Assembly (NCBI GenBank): GCA_049999805.1
Contig: JBNGIO010006303.1
Span: 387,873-451,872 of the forward strand
Length of the DNA: 64,000 bases
DNA from: Folioceros fuciformis
Taxonomy: Eukaryota
Reading direction: 5' to 3'
Part shown: positions 49,701 to 62,428 of the stretch, piece by piece
Layout: each line of letters starts with the position of its first letter
Position numbering within the stretch: position 1 is the stretch's first letter
Translations under genes and position numbers: made by a program
The notes under the pieces: generated by a model
Told to the model about the DNA's origin: nothing
Database searches by the model: none
The model's input: the letters and a program-made list of their open reading frames with translations, nothing else

Positions 49701-49802
49701 TATCTGACTCGTATTTTGATGCGCAAGGATTTGAATATTAGGGTATCTGCGTTGGCAGGCCTTTTCTAATTCAAATGCATTCTTTATTCTGTGTATTTGC
49801 AG

Positions 49803-52514
49803 GAACCGCCTACAATGGCAAATGGCCAGGGCTCAGGTGATAGTGACTACAAGGGTGGAACAGAAACTTCGAAGTACCCTGGGCAAGATAATCACTTTCA
49901 AGCACCAATTGCAGCTTCTCAAGATCAGTTTAGGCCTGCACTGGCAGAAAGCAAACCTGCTGAGGAGTGGACTGTCCATGAGGCTCCCAATGGCAGGCCT
50001 TTCTATTACAATCCAGCTACAGGAGCTACTCAGTGGGATAAGCCCGCTGCTTTGATTGCAGCAGAAGCAGCACAACATTTCAACCAGGCGCAGATGCATC
50101 ACCCTTCACAGTCACAGTCTGGTCCGGTGCATCTGCAGTCGTCAGGGCCAACTCAAATGCAGCAGTCAATTCCAGGTCAAGGGTTGCATGGTCAAAGTGG
50201 CACAAGCCAGCTGCCGCAAGCTGTTTCTGTCCAAGTGAAACAGGAAAACCTGTCTCCTCAAGTTCACCTTACACAGCCTGCCCAAAGCCCAGCGCAACAG
50301 TCGGTGAAGGGGCAGATGCAGCCTCTCCAAGGACAATTGCAGCAGCCAGGGGCACAAATGCAGCAATCTGCACCTTGTCCCCTGCCACATACCATGCAAG
50401 GTTCTCTAATGCCCCGCCCTTTACCTCTTCCATTGCCTCGTCCTGGTCAACTCCACGGGTTGGCCCCAATTCCGCACGCGATGCAGCATCCCTCTAGAGG
50501 TCCTTTGCCTCAGCCAGTGTCGCAGCCACATTTGATTCCCAGACCAGTTCAGCCGAACCCAGTTGGGGGCCCTCCTGTCCAAACACATCCTATGACGCAA
50601 ACCCCACACATGGCTTCTCAAGGTTCTGCACCTTTGTTGGCGGCTCCCCCCCACACACTACAACAGCCACCACATGGGCCGCATGGTATATGGCAGCACA
50701 TTTTCTTGTTCTGAAATTCCTGAATGCATACTGTCCATTTGTGTTTGTTGCTCAGCTCACTTCCTTTTTGATGTCCTCAGTGTCTGCACCTCCTATAATT
50801 CATCAAAGACCTCCTGTGCACACACCCCCTCCATCAAAGCCTCCAGCCCCTGTCTCAACCTCTGCGCCTACAAGTGGCCCTCAAGGTACACTTCGAAGTA
50901 GACGTGGTTTTCTGCTGCACTGGTAGGAAAATGTGTTGACCAGTATTTGATCTGCAGGTGCAAATTTGTTTGTGTTTGGTATTCCTGAAGATATGGGTGA
51001 TCAGAAACTCAAAGATTTGTTCGCTCCCTACGGCACTGTTTTGTATGCAAAAGTGGGAGTTGAGAAAGAGACAGGGCGAGGGAAAGGCTATGGTAAGCAA
51101 TGTCTGCTTTTGTCTTGGTAGTGCCAGTTACAGTCGTATTCTTCAATGATGTGCGTATCCATAGTCAGCCCGGACATATTTTACGAGGAAAGCAATTTCA
51201 AGTCTTAACCGTGAGGGCCAATCTAAGTAACTCTCCCTTCTCACAGTTTTGCCTTCCCTTTCTCTATCTCAGAGAGAGGTCTTTCGTTACTGGTGATGGT
51301 GCTTGCGATATTGGTAGTTTGCAGGTGAAATTGGTGCCAGCTTCCTGGATTGATTTTGTTATGTCCTTTCCGGAATGATGGATGTTACCCGAGATCTGTC
51401 TTACAAACCAGTACTGTGTCCTGTCTTTTTAACACCAGTGAGTGAAGCTCCGTATGGCTAGTTGTCACTGCTTTTAGATTCTGGGTAGGACTTCAACCTA
51501 TTGCAAATTCATGTTGGGTTGTCCACAAATTCTATCGTGAAAATGCCATAGCAAGTGTTTCATATCTCCAGCTCCATGATCGTCTGCTTGGGTAGCAGCC
51601 GTGAAACCCTTGCAGCAAGGGGTTGTGTCAGATGGGAATAGCCCATTCGTACTGGGAATCAGCTGGTTCTCATTGTAATATAGCCCATTGACAAGTTCAC
51701 CAGTATTTGTTTAACCCAGGGTCTTGGTATTTTGTTACTGCATGGGCCCATAATGCAAGACATGGACCCTATGTAGTAGTAGTTTTAAAGTACGACACAA
51801 GAGGAGCACCGTGATTCATCTTCTGTAACTTTGTGCCGTGTTGTCTTCAGTCATATCTTGCATTTGTTTGTCGAAATCATTGCAGTTGTGTAGTGAGATA
51901 TTCTTTAAGCTTGTTTTGCACCTTAGAATGCTACTTCATGGCGGGTAGACGTTACTTTGTGTTGACTTGTTATTCCGTGTATGCTGTTAGCTGTATCTCA
52001 GTATGCTCAGGAAGATGTCAGGGGTCATGGCTTGAATGATTTGTAGTTTTGTAATCACTCTGTTCGTGTAACATTGTGCGCTTGAATTAATCTTGACCAG
52101 ATTCCTGTGATGCATGGTATGTATCATGGGGACTGTCCAGATTATCCGCCTGTAGTCTGTGCTTTGGTGAGCAGTAAGACGTGTTTGAGTCTTTCTTTGG
52201 GTGATTGGTGTTCTCTCTGTCCTTTTTGCTCTTAAAATCCTAGCCTGTTTGGTCACTGCATTTGATGATCTTAAGCAGGTTTTGTATCAATGGATTCTTC
52301 TAAAGCTGCTGAGGCAGCCATCCAGCAAGTCAATGGTATGTCCCTTTCGGGCAAGCGTATCAAGGTGGAATTGAAGAGGGGAGAACATGAGCCTCATCAA
52401 CAGCAGTCTCATCAACAGCCTCATCAACAGCAGCCTACACAGCAGAATCTTTCAGGGGGTGTTGGCCCTACTAGATGGCATCACAGTGACAGTAGAGTGT
52501 ATCGGCCTTACTAG
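49803..52514 (+). CDS. WW domain + Q/P-rich low-complexity region + C-terminal CELF/Bruno-type RRM; exons 49803-50685, 50781-50885, 50958-51092, 52279-52514 (5' end uncertain)
   Basis: WW: WTVHEAPNGRPFYYNPATGATQWDKP. RRM: GPQ|GANLFVFGIPEDMGDQKLKDLFAPYGTVLYAKVGVEKETGRGKGY|GFVSMDSSKAAEAAIQQVNGMSLSGKRIKVELKR...YRPY*. All junctions are GT-AG and in phase. Confidence 0.85.
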
Positions 52515-54944
52515 TTGTTGTAAGGCTCATGTATCCCCATATTCAAATCCCTATCTAGTCAGTGAGACCGTGGAACCCAGGTTACACTGTAGGCACCTGA
52601 TGTAGGGAGTTGCACCTGCTTACAAGGATTGTCTTGTTTGGAACCTTAGTGCCCACCTCGACTGGTATAGTCTGCTGTAGGCAATGAATCAGTGATCACA
52701 GTAATAGGGTAGATTGCAGGTCATATAGGGCAAGTCTCAGAACTAGAACCTTATCTCCCCTCCCTCTAATCCCTCCAGTATAGACGGAAAGGATTCTCTT
52801 CTTTTATTTGTATGTAGCCAGTCCTTTTACTTGCGTGGGATTTTGGTCCTTGGCTGACAGTCCTCATAGGTGCAAAATTAAGAGTCTGGTCGTTAGATCA
52901 GTGTACATATTACAGAGAGTAGCATTGTGGGAGCTGCTGATGCCTCGTTTAAACTTGTTTAGGGTCTCCAACTTGATCTGCGTGTAGGCTGATTTTGGTT
53001 GAATTATGTTCCGGTAGTTTTCACATCTCAGTCCTTCAGCTCCTTTGTTGATATCCTTCATCACGGTGCTTTTGCAAAAATCATGTCTTACTGGCTATCA
53101 AACTACAATGTGCTAACCGCTGGAAGATTTTTGTCCGAACTCCTAGGATACAGCTGGAGGATGAAACAGTTGTTAGGGTGTGTTGTCACAGGGATTCCTG
53201 AGACCAGGTGTATGGTTGCACCTCACTGTAGTTGGCCGTGCCCTTGTTTTGTGGACTTCTTTTGCTATTCCAGCAGTACTTAAAGAAGTTGGCTCACACT
53301 GTCCAGTTATCGGAGTTAGTATATGCAGCACTGCCACTTTGTTGTTCCTCTGTCTCAACATCCGTAGTTTTTGACAGGACCTGATTTGAGGCTGAAATGT
53401 AATGCAGCCTGTTGGAATTATATTTTGGTTTCAAACTCATGGATGATACAACATTAGTGTGTTTGGTAACTGCTTTGTACTTTACCTAAGCTTGGACGAA
53501 GTTTGTGAAGATAACTCATTGTGAGGTGCGTCCTCAGAGCGATGGTGTTTCGTGAGATTGTCTCATTTTAAGGTTCTTTTACCGCATTTGATACTAGATC
53601 TTGAGTATGTGAGAAGTGTGTACGTGGGCTCTGAGGAAGGTAAGCATATATCACGTCCAATTTTGGGGGTTGGCTGCTTTTATTTAGGGGAGGTTGGTTC
53701 TTGACAATTTGGTTGCTACCAGCTTCATAAAACTCACCGCATGGTGTTTTAAGAACGTATGGGTGCAACACAGTTTTCTGCCAAATTGGATGAGCAATAG
53801 CCTGTCAACATGTTTGCCCTGAAGCGTTTTCAGATTTCTCATGAGGTTCGGGTCCTAGGAGTCTTGAATTGTGGAGATGTATCCCTCATGTTGTAGTTCC
53901 ATTAGGGTTTAGGGTGTTCACCCGGTGATACATTGGCTTGGAATTGCTACTGATTTATTGAATTGTAATTGTTACTATTGAGTTTTGTTCCAGAGGTCCT
54001 TCAGGCCGTTCACCCTTTCTAATATAGCGCCTCTACTGTTTACAGAGTTGTGGTGGACCTTGTCCCTGATCATTCCAAGATGGGAAACTTGCCAGGTGCG
54101 CCTGTAATGTTGGCAGATTGATGTCAACGTATGACACTCTGACGCTCGGAGCGGCCATTGTTCCTAACCTGGCCAACCCTCTAAAAGTCAGGTGCAGGCT
54201 TGATTTTCATGTATAGCTGGAAAGTGATTCAGTTTTTCTTTTCTGAAGGTGTTGCAGTGGCTTTTCTATGGAACTTCTTCCCTAAAAACTTGCCGAAATG
54301 CCCGTGAGCAATTGGATTTTTTCATGTGGAAGCAATCTTGTTGCAGCCCTGATATGTTGGAATGCTGCTGCTGCTTGTGCAGGAACTAAAGCAATTAGGT
54401 GTTGTGGGTTTCGTTTCGGCCTGGACGGAGCGACGTGGAGTTTCAATGTCGGTGCCTGAACGGCAATTACCTTTTCATCGTCTGGCGCGCTTTTCAGTCG
54501 TCAAAATCTGACCACGTACATGTTGTTGGTTCAGGAAGTCTCCAAAGGACACAAACTGACGTCAAGCACCGACAGGACTAAGAGGAGAACTCTTTGAAGT
54601 TGGGGGTTTGTACGCTCAGGAAAGCAAGCAAGCGTCCATGGATGATTGAAGTCGGATTTCATCTCAAAAATGTACATGGCAACCTTGCGGGAAAGTGAAC
54701 AATTGTCGGACAGGCTTTGCCCCATGAATTGATCCACGTCGCATAATATTGCTATAAGAGCTGCTGTGAACCAATGTCAAATGCAAGCCGACTTTTGCAT
54801 GCCAGCGTTAGGCAGAAGGAAGCTGTTGCTGTAACAGAGCCGAGGTCGCAGCACACTAGCTGCTATGGAAAAAATAAAGCTAGGAGAACTATTGACAAAA
54901 TGTAATTTACAAAAGGAAATTTCCTTCCACAGCAGCCCTCGCTG

Positions 54945-57900
54945 TTACCTCGTTCTTAAGAATCCCCGCACATCAGACAAAAATAAGTACAAATTTTCCC
55001 TGAACCTGCGTCTATTCGCCCGATCCAAAGATGCCGTCACCTGATTCGAGTTTAACAGAACGTGAAATGCCGTGGCCAACCGGCTTTGAAGCACGGCATT
55101 CTGTTGCCCCTCTAGAAGTTCTTGAGCGAATCTCTACACCGTAGATAGAAAGCATCAGTACTAAGGATGGGCAAACGAGCCTTTGTGTACAAACTGACAG
55201 TCCAATTTTCACCTGGTAAAGAGCAGTATTGCACAAAATCAAGGGAAGAAGCGCATCCGCGGCAGGCTCCACCAACTCATTACTATCAGACATAAGAACA
55301 TCTTGGTCCGTCAGTACCGTCCAGCGCTTGGTTCTGGAATAAACCTCTGAAACAGCACACTGACCTGTAGTCCTCGAAGAGCAGGTATTGCAGCACTGCC
55401 CTAAGGAAATGGGCAAGAACGCCCTCCTCCACAGCGCCATCCGCTCCCTGCTTGTTGACAGCATGCAAACCAAGGCCCTCTTTCCCTGCACAGATCTCTT
55501 GATAGTGGTAGAAAGCTACGGCGTTGAGCGCTGTTAATGACATGTTCACAACTTCGACATCCTGTCGACAAAAAACCATGAGAGCGTTCATCCTGTAACA
55601 AGAACAAAGTACACACCTTTCCAACAGTGAAATACCTGATGCCTTAGGCCAAACTCCAGAGTAGCAACAATTCGAGAGAATCCTTCTACCGATAACTTCG
55701 CAACCTTTTGTGGATATACTTCCAGCATGTGTGCAATTAGTGTAAAATACTGCAACCACAGCAAACAAACGATCTCAAACACTTTTCCTAGTGAATGTGT
55801 TCATGTATCATATATGCATTCACAAAGACTATCTGCACCAACCTGGCGGCAAAGTTTTGGGTACTTAAGCAAGTCTACGGATAGCAGTGGAGTAACGATG
55901 TGCAAACCAAGGTAGACTACCTGAAGAACAGACCCCACAAGCTTAATTCATACGAAAGTATCCAAGAGCTTATCACTTTTTCCCCGCACAAAACAACTGC
56001 ACGTCTCGAGACACACACCTGTGCAACATCGGAATTTTCATCCTCCCCACTGTCAGAAGCAAAATCAACCTGTCATGACACAAAACCCAAACAACATCCC
56101 ATCATGACTGTTGGAAACGGATTTAAGAAACAACACTACAGTAAACCAGCGTGACTGTATATCGAACAGTAGAACTACCAAATCCTTTGAGCTCAAATTT
56201 GTAAGAAGCTGCAGCAGAGCCCTCAGGTCTTTGTACTTCTCTTTCTGGCTCTCGCTCAACAAATTCACTGACGGGGAGACTGAAACCTTTTGACAAACGA
56301 ATTTTCAAACCGCATTTCCAGAGTTCAGTGTCAAGACTGGTAGAGAATGTAGCCTCAATTGGGTTGATACCACATCCCAGCCATGCAACGTCACTAATTG
56401 CAATGCCCGATTAAAACTTGCATGCCTTCACATCCTCCTTTTTTCTATAATGTTTAAACGACGTACCTTCCCAATATTGTGGACAGAGTAGACCTCAAGA
56501 AGGCGAACACAAAAGCTGAACAGAATGGCCATTTCCTTGGGCTCCAAAAACGCTACTTGCCCATCAACCCAATCCACTACATATTTTAGAAGCAAATAGA
56601 CTACAGATGACTGCCAAGAAAAATTTTAAGTCAGCACCACTGCATTACAAAAAGCTAAAAGGTTTCAGGAAACTCTGATCAGCAACACCCTGACCTGGTT
56701 CTTGTACGTTTGCAGCAACACAAGCAAAGGCTCCATAACCGCAGCTCCCATCTCAAAAATGGCTTTCTGGCTGCGAGGAAGGGTTGCCCTTGCAGCCCCC
56801 CGAAGCATTTCCATTAAACAACTCACCTGCAAGATAGACGGGACAACACTCGTTGGGTACAGGTTTGTGTGTGAACAAAGTGGTAGACCATGACAGGTTA
56901 AGGGCCTTCAGGAGGTACAGGTTAAGGGCCTTCAGGAACAAACCATTACCTGGTGAATAGAATCTGGTTGCTGAGAGCAGCTTCGCAAGTCTTCTCTTTT
57001 GGACAAATCTGCAATCCTTACAGCGATGGGTCCAAGTAGATCTCTGACATATCTAAAAAATCAACACCCAAAATTCAACAGCTTGAACGTGAAATTGAAG
57101 ACGACCAGTTTAAGAACAGATATTCCTAGTAAGACTAAGTACTCACTGATTGGTTGCATCCACTGTACTCATGCCAGCTGCTGACCGGCACAAAACCTCT
57201 GAAAGTGCTCTCTGTCCACGTTCAACATGCGACAGCGTTTTACAATAGGAACACAACGATGTCCCAAAGTAGATGACATCGAAGATCAACCAGTAGTAAA
57301 AATCATGAACCTGGGTTGCAGCTGCAAGTCCTGGAAGCGCAGGCTGCTGATAAGCGAAGGCGTGTGCAAGCTCTTGCCACGCATCCTAGAAAGAATGAAC
57401 ATTATAGGAGAACTCCACCGTGTAGCTAAAACTGAGAAGACCTCACGGACATGTACCCTTCACATCTCAGTACGTTATATAGCGCTTACCATAGTAACCA
57501 GATGGACACATATATTGCGGCGCTGAGCCAAATGAGGCAGTAACTGAAAGGCAGCAATCTCCTGCACTCAACAAGAGCCGCTTGATGTTATGACTAATTA
57601 TACGTTCAAATGTTTCTATTGTCATCTGCCTGACTTCATGAAGTGACATCTGCAACAGGTGAACACCTGAAAACAGAAAAAATGAAAACAAATTCCTGAC
57701 CTGCAAATTTCTTTCGCCTGGCCATGCAGTTAACGCAGTGAGTGTAACACGAACAAGGACCTCAAGCACAGCCTTTCCTCCACCCTGTTCTCCGAAAGCA
57801 ATATTAAGGGCATTCCTTCCGTCAAATTGAGCACTGGATGCAACAATCAGGTGTTGATCACCCTCATGCCCAGAAGGCGTGGAATTTGGGCCCCTGCCTG

Positions 57901-60900
57901 CATGTGCTGGCATGAGATATGTGTCAACCCATCTCCCAAAGAACCATATGAGAGCCTGCAGAAAATGAACCACAGTGGTGAAAATCCAATTCTACCAACT
58001 CCGATTCATGTTTTTCCCTGCTCATATCCACATTGCCTAGGAGGCAGACGTCAAATTTGTGGGGGAGTGGTGCTGACCTCCATTAGACGAGGACTGAAAA
58101 CTTGAGCTCGTACATTTGCATCCAGGCTCTGGCGAGCTAGTTCAATCACAGAGCTGAGAACCACCAATTGGACAGAATGTTAGATTATGCTAGTAGTGGA
58201 AGAGAGCCAGCAAGAGACCTTGTCACTTACTGGGAAAGAAGTATGGCAGGGTGCGTCGTTGGATCATCCCCACTTGCGTAAAGAGCCGAGATTGATTCAG
58301 GAACCTGCAAGGTTGTCACCAATCAGGCATGGCATTGGCCTAGGAAGAATAACATTGCACGAAAGTTCAGGTTTCAGAATCACTCTACTCACAAAAGGCG
58401 TCTCTCCGTCGCCAGCATCCGCTAGCACATGACCAGACATCAGTAACAGCCAGTGGAGCTCCTCCAGTATTGATACAGGATCCGCCATTCCTCCAACGCA
58501 CTGAAGAGATCAACCACTATCACAATCAATTCCCCTAGATTCATATAGATATGTTCCAGCCCGACAAGAGTGAGTACCTGAAGCAGCCAAGAGCATCGTT
58601 CTGAGATAAGCATAGCCAACAGGGGTACTGTTGCAGCGGGAGCAGCTCGGGCAACTAGAGCAATGGTGCTAAGTCTTTCATCCCGTGCTGCAGACAGAGC
58701 CCATAAACTTTCCTCAGTGCGCATGATGGCTCGCTAAATCGTGCAGCCTAGCTAGTTGTGATTGTGAAACCAATAGCCAGATAAATGTGCAAATGTACTG
58801 TCGAACATTACCAGCTATAACAGCATGCAATTGTTCATTCTCGTCATCTTCTTCATGCACAGAGGCAACAGCCACTGCATGTGCCACATGAGCTTATGTT
58901 GTCAATCTTCTTAAACGGAACAGACAACAAAGAAACAAAAATGCACTTACACCAAAGCCTGGGCGACTCAATTGGGACATACCTCTCAGTTCTGTCTCCA
59001 CGTATGTTCGAAAAACTGCTGCTGCTGCTTCTATTCCAGTAGCAGGGAAAGGGTTTCTTCTACTCAGATCTACAGGCTGACAGAAACACGCCCAATAAAA
59101 CACAGACATGCTATGAATAGGCTTGTTCAGCTTAGAAAATTTCTCACAGACTATGACCTTGGTCAGCCACGTTTCACCTACTTGCAAAAGGACAGTCCAA
59201 GTATCCAACAAAATATCAAGGGCTTCTTTAGACCAAGTCTCCTCTTTATCTCTCTCGCCAGTTGCTTTGATCACTTCACATGTTAATGCAGCTAGGAAGC
59301 TCAGCGTTCCTACAGGCCTGTGTGTGGTGTCAGTCAGAACTAACTACGAACTGCTGCAGAACAGAACTACATCTGCTAAATACGGACCTTGCAACTGGCT
59401 TCAAGTGCTGATCAAATGCTGAGGGAGAATTCAAACTTGCTACGGCCAGAAGAGCCCGGCACCCATCTAAAAGCTCACTGCAGGTAACTCGGATGGATCA
59501 GGCATAAAGGGAGTAGAAATCTTCCGTGGCAGGAATGAAATTTCTTTCCACCGGGCAGCTGTGACCAAAAGAGGACAGAATCTTACCTCTCACTAATGCC
59601 ACTTTTCAGAGCCTTGATTACAGACTCTGGGGGATCAAACCAGGAAGTTATCCCAACAAGCATTCGCTGCAAATGTAGCTCTTGAGTTACACCTCCTTCT
59701 GGAATAACAGCCGAACCAGGTACCCATCAGCTGGTCTACGAGTGTAAATACTTACCTCTTCCATCTTCTCACGTGTAAGAATAACAACACAGGTGGATGT
59801 GCACAATTCACAAGTTACGCACCAGATCCAAAAATATTGCCACTCAATGCACACAACTGCACAATCACTTGCCGAGCAGAAACAGCGAGAGGGGAATCTA
59901 TCCACGAAGTTTCCCCCCATTGACCTTGTCTTATCCGTGCATACAGCTCCAAAATCCAACGAACTCTATTTGGCGAAAGCAATATATCCTGCCAACTTAG
60001 TCCTGGCTGAGACAAAGAAGAAAAAATTTCACAGAAAAATACCCACAACGGTCAGAAGTGGATGCCCCAGGAACATCGAGAATGATGCAAGTCAAGAGAT
60101 GCGCTCGGAAATGAATCACGCTATTAAGAGGTAAATACGATCTACGTTCCCAAGCCAAGGATCTTGTGAGGGTGGACTATAATCGCAGATAGAGTTGATC
60201 CAAAAGTAGGTGAAAACGGAAAAGGCTTACCTGGACTGAAAATCCATGATCCCCAAGACGCCTTCCAGGACTATCCCGGCCAATTGATGATGTAAAGGCA
60301 CTTGCTCTATTCTTTCCTACAACAATGACACCCCCAGCCCCTCGGACTAGGGCTCCCTGAAACTCCCAGTTCAAAATTTGGGACATGAGATGAAGAGCTG
60401 CAGCACAGACAGTGACATCCATTGCACTTCCCGAGCCATGAATTGTTTTGTCTGCTGCTGTCACAGCAGCATCTTGCGCCCAGGTGTAGAATTGCTGGTA
60501 GCAACAAAGTTCTAAGTGTCAGCCAGAGCAGCAAGTGGATAGACAAAAACTCTGCACTCAGCGTTACTTTAACACTGAGAAGTGAACCCAACATTCCGAC
60601 TCAACACCTGGAGATAGTCGAGCTCCAAGGATGCTCGACAATGCTCATGAAATTCAGCTGGAAGCCCCATCGCACTCGCAGTAGTAGGTGAAAACTCTGA
60701 GACCTGATATGGATTGAGTCAAGGCCATGAGAATATTTCTCCAGAACATACCGAGGACAGGCAAGTTAAGGACACCAATAGCATTACCCTATCAGAATCA
60801 TCCAACAGACAGATGGCCAGACCTACCAGAGACTCAAGGAGTGCAATTCCTGACCGCTGCGCTGGAGCACCATGGGCACCAAGGACAGCCTGCCTAACCT

Positions 60901-61956
60901 GCAAACCATTTAAGTGAGCATCCTCCCTGTGGGAGACGTGCAGCAAGCCGTTGAATTGTAACGTGTAACGTAGGAACAAGCGCTTTTAACCAAACCTCAT
61001 TGAAGAAGGCATCCATTTCTGAAGGACTGGAATCCAACCTGCAGGTAACAGAAACCGCACATCAAGTACAACAGCACATACATTTCAATGCCAGGAAGAC
61101 CTGCTTCTCTTATACTGACCAGCTTCGTTTGAGTAAGACTGCAGCCACTGCCAGAACCTTTGCCTGCACATAACCTTCCGATGCTTCTGCCCGTGCCATC
61201 ACATAACGTAGACAATACCTAATGCATGTTCAAAATGGCCGAATATCATAATCGCCATGCCCACAACGACGCAAGATTGCCATGCACAGGCTAAGTTCAA
61301 ATGTAAGAAAATCAGAGTTCCGCCAGTATTGGGAATATAGCACAGTATCTCTCAAAAACAAAAGAAAAAAAATCTCCTACACCGACGACAACATGGAAGT
61401 CCATACGTGCGCAAACTCTCTCTCTCGGTTGCTGACAGGAGACTCCATTCCCGAATCGCTGCCTCTTGCATTGTTGCTGCAGCTTGGAACCTCGCTGTGG
61501 CCATCTGGGAATGTTCTGTGCACAATCAAAGGACCCCCCGAAGGACGCTTAATAAGGTCTTCTGCCAATTAGGACATGCCCTGAAGACATGGCCTCAAGA
61601 CTGAAAAAGACCCGACCAACTCTGAAACGAAAATCATGTGGTGAATCCGACAATCTTCACAACAACTTACCGAGTATGTACTGGCAAGCTTGGATCGGTT
61701 GGGACGATCTCCGAAAAGCCAAAAGCGTTGCTTCTGCAGCTGCTCGAGTGCTGGGAGCCTGCACAAACAGATAAAGGCCATCGTCTCAAACAGAAGGCAA
61801 GCGGAGCAGCGACCCAACCATGAGCAAGAGCTGGGAAGAGAGATATACCAGAAGCGCTGCGCAAGCTTGTTCAACTGCCTGCATGGTTCCCACATAGCGC
61901 TCTCTGTCACTGGCATTCGCCAGCTGGGCCTGCCACCCAGGTTGCTCCATACCCAT
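54945..61956 (-). CDS. XPO4: Exportin-4 (karyopherin-beta family), many exons
   Basis: MQAVEQACAAL; AAEATLLAFR; CQYILEHSQMATARFQAAATMQEAAIREW; SEFSPTTASAMGLPAEFHEHCR; LEELHWLLLMSGHVLADAGDGETP; LVEPAADALLPLILC; C-terminal RENLYLFLSDVRGFLRTR* (TAA 54945-54947). Confidence 0.9.
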
Positions 61957-62428
61957 AACTGAGTCGATAGCTGACAAAGGAGCACCCGCCTCCAGAACCG
62001 AGTCCCGCTTGCAGAAACTGCTCAAATTGGTGTGGGAATGCGGGAAAGATGCGAGGGCGTCCCACTGTAGATGGGTTCATGCAATGGTAGCTCAAGTAAA
62101 GCCTGCTTCCTCCTCTTTGCCCTCCATGCACATCTGCGCATTGTGTCTTGCACTTCCGAGGCAGCAGCACACTCTAGTGCCCCAAGCTCGTGAACGGTGC
62201 GGAAGCCGAAACCCAGCCCGCACAGCTGGGCCGCTACCCGCGGCGAGAAAGCAATATTTCCGAGTTTGCGTGTCTGTGACCGTGTTTGTATCCCAGCAGA
62301 AGTTCGAGCTTGCCGGCCTTGGAGGCAACCGGATCACGGAGCTACAGCTCTTATAGCCCAGCTCCTACCGTCTTGAGCGTGAAACTGCACATGTACTGTT
62401 TTACTACTGTGGCTGGGTCGTAAACACC

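Noticed and set aside
56893-56937. 24-bp-period direct repeat in an XPO4 intron
   Set aside because: Simple local duplication with no evident function.
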